A DNA stretch of 39,919 nucleotides, from the sequence record MG488277. One strand, 5' to 3'. Position numbers and translations under genes: made by a program. Positions within the stretch are counted from its first letter, which is position 1; the number at the start of each line of letters is the position of its first letter. The stretch comes from Escherichia phage EG1. The notes below the pieces were generated by a model that ran no database searches, was not told the origin of the DNA, and worked only from the letters and a program-made list of their open reading frames with translations. Positions 1 through 7,325 of the stretch are shown one piece after another.

Positions 1-150
1 TCTCACAGTGTAAGCGCCCAAGGTTCCCCCCATAGGGGTACCCAAAGTCACTCCTTTGGAGTGCCGGACCTTGAGGAGGCCTTGAGGATGGCCCAGAGAG
101 ACCTTGAAGAGGGTCCTAATGTTACCGTGGGAGTGCCTCCTTGTCCCTAT
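1..150. repeat. Left direct terminal repeat (terminal redundancy)
   Basis: Bases 1-150 are identical to 39770-39919; the right copy is cut by the window end, so the true repeat may be ~160 bp as in T7. Confidence 0.9.
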
Positions 151-160
151 CTGTTCAGTC

Positions 161-212
161 TCCTAAAGTATCCTCCTAAAGTATCCTCCTAAAGTCACCT
201 CCTAAAGTTCAC
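161..212. repeat. Tandem array of four ~13-bp CCTAAAGT-containing repeats
   Basis: tcctaaagtatcc, tcctaaagtatcc, tcctaaagtcacc, tcctaaagttcacc read directly; T7 left end has similar CCTAAAG repeats. Confidence 0.8.
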
Positions 213-278
213 CATCAAGCCAACACCAACAGAATAACCTCAAAGACTCACCAAGTCAATCCCTATCTTAAAGATAAT

Positions 279-317
279 CCTAACGACCATCCTAACGACC
301 ATCCTAACGACCATCCT
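279..317. repeat. Tandem 12-bp repeat CCTAACGACCAT x3 plus partial copy
   Basis: cctaacgaccat three times followed by cctgatgatgcc. Confidence 0.85.
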
Positions 318-380
318 GATGATGCCTCGTTGTTACTTATAAAGAGATAACCAACAATCATTGTCTTTAATCACTCCCAT

Positions 381-403
381 TAATTCGACTCACTATAGAG
401 AGA
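381..403 (+). promoter_or_regulatory. phiOL: T7-RNAP promoter phiOL-like (variant core, GA-repeat start region)
   Basis: taattcgactcactataG then (ga)n; matches T7 consensus TAATACGACTCACTATAG except -13/-12. Confidence 0.7.
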
Positions 404-470
404 GAGAGAGATAAGACCACTTAAAGAGGACCAAAGAGAGAGATTAATCAAAATAATTTAAAAAAGAGTA

Positions 471-506
471 TTGACTTAAAGAGGACCAAGGCCTATTATT
501 CATCTC
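471..506 (+). promoter_or_regulatory. A1: sigma70 early promoter A1
   Basis: TTGACT, 17-bp spacer, TATTAT; context aaaaagagtattgacttaaag as in T7 A1. Confidence 0.85.
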
Positions 507-598
507 GTCAACGGGACAACGGCCTAAAAGCCACTCCCTGAGATACCGGGGTCAACCGGATAAGTAGACAGCCTGATAAGTCATACGAAAACCAGGCA

Positions 599-635
599 TT
601 GACAACACGAAGTAACATGCAGTAAGATACACAGC
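599..635 (+). promoter_or_regulatory. A2: sigma70 early promoter A2
   Basis: TTGACA, 18-bp spacer, TAAGAT; context matches T7 A2. Confidence 0.8.
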
Positions 636-706
636 GTCAACACGGTAGCACGGTGTCTTCTAGGTGACTTAAGCGCACCACGGCACACAAAGGTGAAACA
701 AAGCGG

Positions 707-742
707 TTGACAACATGCAGTAAACACGGTACGATGTACCGC
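707..742 (+). promoter_or_regulatory. A3: sigma70 early promoter A3
   Basis: TTGACA, 17-bp spacer, TACGAT; context ggttgacaacatg...gtaaacacggtacgatgtacc as in T7 A3. Confidence 0.85.
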
Positions 743-853
743 AAGCAGTAAGGGTGTAGGGATAGGAACCGAGAAACCTGCCCGTGACCCGCCAAGGATA
801 AGGCACTAGCCATGAGTCGAATTCGGTCACTCATCGCACAAAAGAATAATAGG

Positions 854-889
854 TTGACAGCCTCCTTTAAAAGCTGTAAGATGTACCCA
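854..889 (+). promoter_or_regulatory. Additional sigma70 consensus promoter upstream of ocr
   Basis: TTGACA, 17-bp spacer gcctcctttaaaagctg, TAAGAT. Confidence 0.6.
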
Positions 890-1002
890 CGAAATGACGG
901 AACAGTGAGTCACCACACTGAAAGGTGATGCGGTCTAACGAAACCTGACCAAAGACGCTCTTTAACAATCTGGTAAACGGCTCTTGAGTGTACACACGTA
1001 GC

Positions 1003-1050
1003 GGATAGCTCAAGGGTATCGAAAGGTGCCCTTTATGATATCCACTAACA
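1003..1050 (+). promoter_or_regulatory. R0.3: RNase III processing hairpin (R0.3-like)
   Basis: gatagctcaagggtatcgaaaggtgccctttatgat; paralogous to the downstream CTCAAGG...GGCCTTTATGAT hairpins. Confidence 0.6.
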
Positions 1051-1070
1051 ACACTATGAGGTAACACACA

Positions 1071-1433
1071 ATGGCTATGTCTAACATGACTTATAACAAC
1101 GTTTTCGATCACGCTTACGAAATGCTGAAAGAAAACATCCGTTATGATGACATCCGTGACGCTGATGGCCTGCATGATGCAGTGCATATGGCGGCTGATG
1201 CTGCTGTTCCGCACTATTACAGCGACATTTTCAGCGTAATGGCAAGCGAGGGCATTGACCTTGAGTTCGAAGACTCTGGTCTGATGCCGGACACCAAGGA
1301 CGTAATCCGTATCCTGCAAGCGCGTATCTATGAGCAATTAACGATTGACCTTTGGGAGGACGCTGAAGACTTGCTGAACGAGTATCTTGAGGAAGTCGAA
1401 GAGTCTGAAGAGTACGAAGAGGATGGAGAGTAA
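1071..1433 (+). CDS. ocr: Ocr, DNA-mimic anti-restriction protein (gene 0.3)
   Basis: 120 aa; [22 protein letters not shown]... with acidic C-terminus, recognisably T7 gp0.3; SD gagg upstream. Confidence 0.95.
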   Translation: MAMSNMTYNNVFDHAYEMLKENIRYDDIRDADGLHDAVHMAADAAVPHYYSDIFSVMASEGIDLEFEDSGLMPDTKDVIRILQARIYEQLTIDLWEDAEDLLNEYLEEVEESEEYEEDGE

Positions 1434-1588
1434 TGGCTAATAACACCACGCAATACGGTCTGACCGCTCAAACTGTACTGTTTTATAGTGACATGGTACG
1501 CTGTGGCTTTGATTGGTCGCTCGCAATGGAACACCTTAAGGAACTGTACGAAAACAACAAGGCAATAGCCTTGGAGTCTGCTGAGTGA
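1433..1588 (+). CDS. 0.4: gp0.4-like small protein (FtsZ inhibitor in T7)
   Basis: 51 aa [51 protein letters not shown]; start overlaps ocr stop (TAATG); below ORF-track cutoff. Confidence 0.85.
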   Translation: MANNTTQYGLTAQTVLFYSDMVRCGFDWSLAMEHLKELYENNKAIALESAE

Positions 1589-1590
1589 TA

Positions 1591-1640
1591 GGCTCAAGGT
1601 CGCTCAATATGAGTGGCCTTTATGATTATCACTTTAACCA
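1591..1640 (+). promoter_or_regulatory. RNase III processing hairpin, copy a
   Basis: ggctcaaggtcgctcaatatgagtggcctttatgattatcactttaac. Confidence 0.7.
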
Positions 1641-1656
1641 ATGAGGGAAGCACACA

Positions 1657-1941
1657 ATGCGCTTAAGTAAAGACACAGCGGTGGCACTACGCTCAGCAAT
1701 TGAATCCAAAGCTGCACACAACGTGGGAGGCCTTGCGGATATTGCACGGGCTTATGAGGAGAAAGGTCTAACATTCCGTCGATTTATGTGGGACTGTTAC
1801 CACGCAGTAGGCTTTCAAGAAACGACACGAATAATCTCTGAGCACAACACGGTGACGTTAATCGGTGGACACCTAACAGACGTGACTGATGCGCACATCG
1901 AAACAATACTCAAGGTTGCGCTTAAAGATTTGCAATACTAG
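1657..1941 (+). CDS. Hypothetical early protein, 94 aa, no T7 counterpart recognised
   Basis: ORF track; SD gaggga 8 nt upstream; sits between two RNase III hairpins in the class I region. Confidence 0.7.
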   Translation: MRLSKDTAVALRSAIESKAAHNVGGLADIARAYEEKGLTFRRFMWDCYHAVGFQETTRIISEHNTVTLIGGHLTDVTDAHIETILKVALKDLQY

Positions 1942-1995
1942 TGATAAACTCAAGGTCGCTCCTAGCGAGTGGCCTTTATGATTATCATTTAACAT
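1941..1995 (+). promoter_or_regulatory. RNase III processing hairpin, copy b
   Basis: gtgataaactcaaggtcgctcctagcgagtggcctttatgattatcatttaac. Confidence 0.7.
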
Positions 1996-2012
1996 GCAAT
2001 AGGACTAATATC

Positions 2013-2213
2013 ATGAGTAAACTTCTGGCAACATCTAAAATCAAAGGCCAACACACTGTAACTCTGCGTGAGTACGAGCACGGGAAAATGGGGAGCACTT
2101 ACGTTGTGCGGTACGGTAAACAAGTAACGCATTGGGTGAACGAGGTTTTGGCGCAAGAAGAATACCAAGCCTGCGTGATACACCAAGCAACCTGCGCTGG
2201 CTGGAATGACTGA
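2013..2213 (+). CDS. Hypothetical early protein, 66 aa (ATG-started version of ORF 1941..2213)
   Basis: ATG at 2013 with agga upstream; the longer track ORF starts at a GTG inside the hairpin, so the internal ATG is preferred. Confidence 0.6.
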   Translation: MSKLLATSKIKGQHTVTLREYEHGKMGSTYVVRYGKQVTHWVNEVLAQEEYQACVIHQATCAGWND

Positions 2214-2233
2214 TACCGCGATTTGTAATACTA

Positions 2234-2290
2234 GCGATAAACTCAAGGTCGCTCCATGCGAGTGGCCTTTATGATTATCACTTTACTTAC
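2234..2290 (+). promoter_or_regulatory. R0.5: RNase III processing hairpin, copy c (R0.5 position)
   Basis: gataaactcaaggtcgctccatgcgagtggcctttatgattatcactttac. Confidence 0.7.
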
Positions 2291-2303
2291 GGGAGTAATA
2301 TAT

Positions 2304-2432
2304 ATGCTTACTATCGGTCTGCTCACCGCTCTGGGTCTAGCTGTAGGCGCATCCTTTGGGAAGTCTTTGGGTGTAGCTGTAGGCTCTTACTTGGTCGCTT
2401 GTATCATCACGGGAGCACTGCGCAAATGCTGA
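2304..2432 (+). CDS. 0.5: Small hydrophobic protein, gene 0.5 position
   Basis: 42 aa MLTIGLLTALGLAVGASFGKSLGVAVGSYLVACIITGALRKC; SD gggag; single predicted TM-like segment; below ORF-track cutoff. Confidence 0.6.
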   Translation: MLTIGLLTALGLAVGASFGKSLGVAVGSYLVACIITGALRKC

Positions 2433-2563
2433 AATACTACGTTATGCCTATCCACACCAAGAACGGCGCTACAGTTTGCACACCTGATGGCTTCGCAATG
2501 AAACAACGAATCGAACGCCTTAAGCGTGAACTGCGCACCAATCGCAAGCTCAACAACATCTAA
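2426..2563 (+). CDS. 0.6: gp0.6-like protein
   Basis: MLKYYVMPIHTKNGATVCTPDGFAMKQRIERLKRELRTNRKLNNI resembles T7 gp0.6 N-terminal part; alternative start at 2444. Confidence 0.7.
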   Translation: MLKYYVMPIHTKNGATVCTPDGFAMKQRIERLKRELRTNRKLNNI

Positions 2564-2582
2564 TTACATTTGACACTGGAGA

Positions 2583-3671
2583 ATGCACAAAGTGAACGCT
2601 ATCGACATCATGAACGCTATCAACGCAATCAAAGCACTGCCAATCTGTGAACTTGATAAGCGTCAAAGTATGCTCATTGATTTGCTGGTCGAGATGGTCA
2701 ACAACGAAACGTGTGACGGTGAAATCACCAAGCTGGATAAGCCGCTTGAATATCAGGACTGGTGGACTACCTTAAGAGGTCTCACTACTGACGCTGGCTT
2801 CACGATGCTCGGTAATGGTCACTTCTCTGCTGCATATAGTCACCCACTGCTGCCTAACAGAGTGATTAAGGTGGGCTTTAAGAAAGAGGATTCAGGCGCT
2901 GCGTATATCGCATTCTGCCGCATGTATCAGGGCCGCGCTGGTATCCCTAACGTCTACGACGTTCAGCGTCATTCTGGCTGCTATACGGTGGTTCTTGATG
3001 CTCTGAATGAATGTGAGCGAGAGGATAACTATGAGCACGACAAATACGCTGAGATTGCAAGCGACATCATTGACTGCAACTCTGATATGCACGATTGGCG
3101 TGGCGGATGGGTTGGGGAGTTCGTCGAAACTTGCAAACTAATCCGCAAGTTCTTTGAGGGCATCGCTTCGTTTGACATGCACAGCGGTAACATCATGTTC
3201 GACGATAATGACGTACCGTACATTACCGACCCGGTGTCATTCTCACAGAAGAAAGACGGTGGCGCTTTCAGCATGGACCCTGAGGAACTCATCAAGGAAG
3301 TCGAGGAAGTCGCACGACAGAAAGAAATTGACCGCGCCAAGGAGCGTAAAGCACGCCATGTAGCACGCTTAGAGGTGCGCAGAATCAAACGCCGTAGACG
3401 CAAGGCACGTAAAGCACACATAGCTAAGCGTGAACGAATGGCGGCCCAGTGGCGCATGAACGAGCGTCGAGAACGTCGTAACCATGAGGTAGCTGTAGAT
3501 GTACTAGGAAGAACCAATAACGCTATGCTCTGGGCGCACATGTTCGCGGGGGACTTTAAGGCGCTTGAGGAACGAATCGCAGCGCACTGGTTCCAAGCTG
3601 ACCGCATGGCCATAGCTAATGGTCTTCAGCTCAACATTGATAAGAAACTGGACGCAATGCTAATGGGATGA
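2583..3671 (+). CDS. 0.7: Ser/Thr protein kinase and host-shutoff protein (gene 0.7)
   Basis: 362 aa; ...[21 protein letters not shown]...[32 protein letters not shown]... matches T7 gp0.7; exact start uncertain. Confidence 0.9.
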   Translation: MHKVNAIDIMNAINAIKALPICELDKRQSMLIDLLVEMVNNETCDGEITKLDKPLEYQDWWTTLRGLTTDAGFTMLGNGHFSAAYSHPLLPNRVIKVGFKKEDSGAAYIAFCRMYQGRAGIPNVYDVQRHSGCYTVVLDALNECEREDNYEHDKYAEIASDIIDCNSDMHDWRGGWVGEFVETCKLIRKFFEGIASFDMHSGNIMFDDNDVPYITDPVSFSQKKDGGAFSMDPEELIKEVEEVARQKEIDRAKERKARHVARLEVRRIKRRRRKARKAHIAKRERMAAQWRMNERRERRNHEVAVDVLGRTNNAMLWAHMFAGDFKALEERIAAHWFQADRMAIANGLQLNIDKKLDAMLMG

Positions 3672-3741
3672 TAGTCTTATCTTACAGGTCATCTGCGGGT
3701 GGCCTGAAATAGATACGATTACTGACCGAAAGAGGTACAAA

Positions 3742-6393
3742 ATGAGCACGATTAACATCGCTAAGAACGATTTCTCTGACATCGAACTGGCTGCTATCCC
3801 GTTCAACACTCTGGCTGACCACTATGGTGAGCGTCTAGCTCGCGAGCAGTTGGCCCTTGAGCATGAGTCTTACGAGATGGGCGAGGCACGTTTCCGCAAG
3901 ATGTTTGAGCGTCAACTTAAGGCCGGTGAGGTTGCAGACAATGCGGCTGCTAAACCACTGATTACTACTCTGCTGCCTAAGATGGTTGCACGCATCAACG
4001 ACTGGTTTGAGGAAGTGAAGGCCAAGCGTGGCAAACGTCCAACCGCTTTCCAGTTTCTGCAAGGAATCAAGCCGGAATCTGTAGCATATATCACCATCAA
4101 GACTACTCTTGCTTGTCTGACGAGCGTGGACAATACAACCGTTCAGGCTGTAGCAAGCGCCATCGGACGGGCTATCGAGGAAGAGGCTCGCTTCGGTCGA
4201 ATCCGTGACCTAGAAGCTAAGCACTTCAAGAAAAACGTTGAGGAACAACTAAACAAGCGCGTAGGGCACGTCTATAAGAAGGCATTCATGCAGGTAGTCG
4301 AGGCCGATATGCTCTCTAAGGGTCTACTCGGTGGCGAGGCGTGGTCTTCGTGGCACAAGGAAGACTCCATTCACGTAGGGGTGCGCTGCATTGAGATGCT
4401 CATTGAGTCAACCGGAATGGTTAGCCTTCACCGCCAAAACGCTGGCGTAGTGGGACAAGACTCTGAGACTATCGAGCTGGCACACGAATACGCTGAGGCT
4501 ATCGCAACACGGGCTGGGGCACTGGCTGGTATCTCTCCGATGTATCAGCCTTGCATAGTACCGCCTAAACCTTGGACTGGTGTAACTGGTGGCGGATACT
4601 GGGCTAACGGTCGCCGTCCGCTGGTACTGGTACGCACCCACAGCAAGAAGGCACTGATGCGCTACGAAGATGTTTACATGCCTGAGGTATACAAGGCGAT
4701 CAACATTGCGCAAAACACCGCTTGGAAAATCAACAAGAAAGTCCTAGCGGTCGCCAACGTGATAACCAAGTGGAAGCACTGCCCGGTCGAGGACATCCCA
4801 GCGATTGAGCGCGAAGAACTCCCGATGAAACCGGAAGACATCGACACGAATCCAGAGGCGCTGACCGCTTGGAAACGTGCTGCTGCCGCTGTGTACCGTA
4901 AAGACAAGGCCCGTAAGTCTCGCCGCATAAGCCTTGAGTTCATGCTTGAGCAAGCCAACAAGTTTGCTAACCGTAAGGCCATCTGGTTCCCTTACAACAT
5001 GGACTGGCGCGGTCGTGTGTACGCTGTGTCAATGTTCAATCCGCAAGGTAACGACATGACAAAAGGTCTGCTGACACTGGCTAAGGGTAAGCCAATCGGC
5101 AAGGAAGGATTCTACTGGCTGAAAATTCACGGTGCTAACTGCGCGGGGGTCGATAAGGTTCCATTCCCTGAGCGCATCAAGTTTATTGAGGACAACCACG
5201 ATAACATCATGGCTTGTGCTAAGTCCCCACTGGAGCACACTTGGTGGGCTGAGCAAGATTCTCCGTTCTGTTTCCTCGCGTTCTGCTTTGAGTACGCTGG
5301 GGTACAGCACCACGGACTGAGCTACAACTGCTCGCTGCCACTGGCGTTCGATGGGTCTTGCTCTGGCATCCAGCACTTCTCCGCAATGCTCCGCGATGAA
5401 GTAGGCGGTCGTGCTGTTAACCTGCTGCCTAGCGAAACCGTTCAGGACATCTACGGGATTGTTGCTAAGAAAGTAAACGAGATTCTGCAAGCTGATGTAA
5501 TCAACGGGACCGATAACGAAGTAGTTACCGTGACCGATGAGAACACTGGGGAAATCTCTGAGAAAATCAAGCTGGGTACTAAAGCACTGGCTGGTCAATG
5601 GTTGGCCTACGGTGTGACCCGTAGCGTCACTAAGCGTTCAGTCATGACGCTGGCCTATGGCTCCAAAGAGTTCGGCTTCCGTCAACAAGTCCTTGAGGAC
5701 ACCATACAGCCAGCTATTGATTCAGGCAAAGGTCTGATGTTTACCCAACCTAATCAGGCCGCTGGGTATATGGCTAAGCTGATCTGGGAGTCAGTGAGCG
5801 TTACCGTAGTGGCTGCTGTAGAGGCTATGAACTGGCTTAAGTCTGCTGCGAAGCTGCTGGCTGCTGAGGTCAAAGACAAGAAGACTGGTGAGATTCTCCG
5901 TAAACGCTGTGCGGTGTATTGGGTAACTCCTGATGGCTTCCCTGTGTGGCAAGAATACAAGAAGCCAATTCAGACTCGCTTGAACTTGATGTTCCTCGGT
6001 CAGTTCCGCTTACAGCCGACCATCAACACCAACAAGGACAGCGAGATTGATGCTCATAAGCAGGAATCTGGTATAGCTCCTAACTTTGTACACAGCCAAG
6101 ACGGTAGCCACCTACGTAAGACTGTAGTGTGGGCGCACGAGAAGTACGGCATCGAATCTTTTGCACTGATTCATGACTCCTTCGGGACCATTCCGGCTGA
6201 TGCTGCCAACCTATTCAAGGCTGTTCGTGAGACTATGGTTGACACCTACGAGTCCTGCGATGTGCTTGCTGACTTCTACAACCAGTTCGCTGACCAGTTA
6301 CATGAGTCTCAATTGGATAAAATGCCAGCACTCCCAGCTAAAGGTAACTTGAATTTACGAGACATCTTAGAGTCAGACTTCGCGTTTGCGTAA
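3742..6393 (+). CDS. 1: Single-subunit DNA-dependent RNA polymerase (gene 1)
   Basis: 883 aa, near-identical to T7 RNAP as I recall it (same length, ...ILESDFAFA C-terminus). Confidence 0.98.
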   Translation: MSTINIAKNDFSDIELAAIPFNTLADHYGERLAREQLALEHESYEMGEARFRKMFERQLKAGEVADNAAAKPLITTLLPKMVARINDWFEEVKAKRGKRPTAFQFLQGIKPESVAYITIKTTLACLTSVDNTTVQAVASAIGRAIEEEARFGRIRDLEAKHFKKNVEEQLNKRVGHVYKKAFMQVVEADMLSKGLLGGEAWSSWHKEDSIHVGVRCIEMLIESTGMVSLHRQNAGVVGQDSETIELAHEYAEAIATRAGALAGISPMYQPCIVPPKPWTGVTGGGYWANGRRPLVLVRTHSKKALMRYEDVYMPEVYKAINIAQNTAWKINKKVLAVANVITKWKHCPVEDIPAIEREELPMKPEDIDTNPEALTAWKRAAAAVYRKDKARKSRRISLEFMLEQANKFANRKAIWFPYNMDWRGRVYAVSMFNPQGNDMTKGLLTLAKGKPIGKEGFYWLKIHGANCAGVDKVPFPERIKFIEDNHDNIMACAKSPLEHTWWAEQDSPFCFLAFCFEYAGVQHHGLSYNCSLPLAFDGSCSGIQHFSAMLRDEVGGRAVNLLPSETVQDIYGIVAKKVNEILQADVINGTDNEVVTVTDENTGEISEKIKLGTKALAGQWLAYGVTRSVTKRSVMTLAYGSKEFGFRQQVLEDTIQPAIDSGKGLMFTQPNQAAGYMAKLIWESVSVTVVAAVEAMNWLKSAAKLLAAEVKDKKTGEILRKRCAVYWVTPDGFPVWQEYKKPIQTRLNLMFLGQFRLQPTINTNKDSEIDAHKQESGIAPNFVHSQDGSHLRKTVVWAHEKYGIESFALIHDSFGTIPADAANLFKAVRETMVDTYESCDVLADFYNQFADQLHESQLDKMPALPAKGNLNLRDILESDFAFA

Positions 6394-6401
6394 CGTCAAA
6401 T

Positions 6402-6424
6402 TAATACGACTCACTATAGAGGGA
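6402..6424 (+). promoter_or_regulatory. phi1.1A: T7-RNAP promoter phi1.1A
   Basis: taatacgactcactataGAGGGAC. Confidence 0.9.
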
Positions 6425-6470
6425 CAAACTCAAGGTCACTTAATGAGTGGCCTTTATGATTGACCTTCTT
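6425..6470 (+). promoter_or_regulatory. R1.1: RNase III site R1.1
   Basis: acaaactcaaggtcacttaatgagtggcctttatgattgacc. Confidence 0.75.
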
Positions 6471-6475
6471 CCGGT

Positions 6476-6498
6476 TAATACGACTCACTATAGGGAAG
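6476..6498 (+). promoter_or_regulatory. phi1.1B: T7-RNAP promoter phi1.1B
   Basis: taatacgactcactataGGGAAG. Confidence 0.9.
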
Positions 6499-6576
6499 AC
6501 CTTAAGGTTTAACTTTAAGACCCTTAAGTGTTAATTAAAGATTTAAATTAAAGACTACTAAGAGAGGACTTTAAGT
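6499..6576. other. AT-rich region downstream of phi1.1A/B, probable primary replication origin
   Basis: ttaaggtttaactttaagacccttaagtgttaattaaagatttaaattaaag; in T7 the primary origin is the AT-rich segment after these promoters. Confidence 0.55.
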
Positions 6577-6705
6577 ATGCGTAACTTCGAAAAGATGACC
6601 AAACGTTCTAACCGTAACGCTTATAACTTCGAGGAAACCAAAGGTCGCAAATTTAATAAACCATTACGAACCCGTGCACATAAACGCTGCTGGGAGGGTC
6701 AGTAA
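6577..6705 (+). CDS. 1.1: gp1.1-like small basic protein
   Basis: 42 aa MRNFEKMTKRSNRNAYNFEETKGRKFNKPLRTRAHKRCWEGQ; below ORF-track cutoff. Confidence 0.85.
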   Translation: MRNFEKMTKRSNRNAYNFEETKGRKFNKPLRTRAHKRCWEGQ

Positions 6706-6706
6706 G

Positions 6707-6973
6707 ATGGGACGTTTATACAGTGGGAACCTGAATGATTTTAAGGACGCTTGCAACAGGCTCTACCAGTTGGACCTTGCTGTTATAGCCGTTGAGCAGG
6801 AAGGTTCACCAAACATAAAGGTAACCATGTACCTTCGGATTGAAGACCGTACTGGTCGCATAGTTGCTCAGGAAGAGATTCACCACTGCGACGAAGACGT
6901 CCTGTACTCTATGGCAACCGCTTGGTTGAACTTTATGTACTACCAGTTGAAGGACTGGAAGGAGGCACTCTAA
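6707..6973 (+). CDS. 1.2: gp1.2-like protein (host dGTPase inhibitor in T7), copy 1
   Basis: 88 aa from ATG 6707: MGRLYSGNLNDFKDA...DEDVLYSMATAWLNFMYYQLKDWKEAL. Confidence 0.8.
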   Translation: MGRLYSGNLNDFKDACNRLYQLDLAVIAVEQEGSPNIKVTMYLRIEDRTGRIVAQEEIHHCDEDVLYSMATAWLNFMYYQLKDWKEAL

Positions 6974-7245
6974 TGGGACGCTTATACAGTGGTAACTTAA
7001 TAGCATACAAAGACGCTATCGAACGACTTAAAGAAGACCACGATGCAAATGTGGTCGTTGAGACTTATCGCTATGAGGACTTCGCACAGCGACGGATGGT
7101 TGCCGGTGAGACACTTCGAGTGATATTGCGGGATGGCTTAATGCTGACCGCTAAGTGTTTCGAGCAGTCAGATGAAGACGTTCGCTGTAATGCACAGACC
7201 GAATGGCTCCGTAAGGTACACAGTGACCTACAGCACTGGAAGTAA
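6973..7245 (+). CDS. gp1.2 paralogue, copy 2 (diverged tandem duplicate)
   Basis: 90 aa from ATG 6973 (TAATG overlap): MGRLYSGNLIAYKDA...DEDVRCNAQTEWLRKVHSDLQHWK; shares N- and C-terminal motifs with copy 1. Confidence 0.75.
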   Translation: MGRLYSGNLIAYKDAIERLKEDHDANVVVETYRYEDFAQRRMVAGETLRVILRDGLMLTAKCFEQSDEDVRCNAQTEWLRKVHSDLQHWK

Positions 7246-7265
7246 TACGACTCACTAAAGGGACA
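7243..7265 (+). promoter_or_regulatory. phi1.3: T7-RNAP promoter phi1.3
   Basis: taatacgactcactaaaGGGACA; first 3 nt are the stop codon of the preceding gene. Confidence 0.85.
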
Positions 7266-7310
7266 ATGCTTAAGGTCGCTCCAACTGAGTGGCCTTAGTC
7301 GTTTAACCGA
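7264..7310 (+). promoter_or_regulatory. R1.3: RNase III site R1.3
   Basis: caatgcttaaggtcgctccaactgagtggccttagtcg. Confidence 0.6.
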
Positions 7311-7325
7311 TAGGAGATACTAATC

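Noticed and set aside
161-317. Possible CRISPR array at the left end
   Set aside because: Repeat units are 12-13 bp, contiguous and without unique spacers; these are terminal-region tandem repeats typical of T7-like phages
1941-2213. Longer 90-aa version of the second early ORF
   Set aside because: Its first codon is a GTG inside the RNase III hairpin immediately after the previous stop; the internal ATG at 2013 with an RBS is more plausible
3154-3363. 69-aa + strand ORF inside gene 0.7 and similar short overlapping + strand ORFs (5132..5320, 8485..8694, 10258..10464, 10510..10782, 11412..11636, 12329..12715, 15257..15439, 21292..21531, 25319..25552, 27596..27964, 27971..28159, 28310..28519, 30916..31134, 32437..32631, 33376..33582, 34768..34992, 35374..35661, 35737..36147, 36047..36238, 36695..36889, 38351..38674)
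   Set aside because: Alternative-frame ORFs within strongly supported genes, with low-complexity or Ser/Arg-rich translations; no start signals
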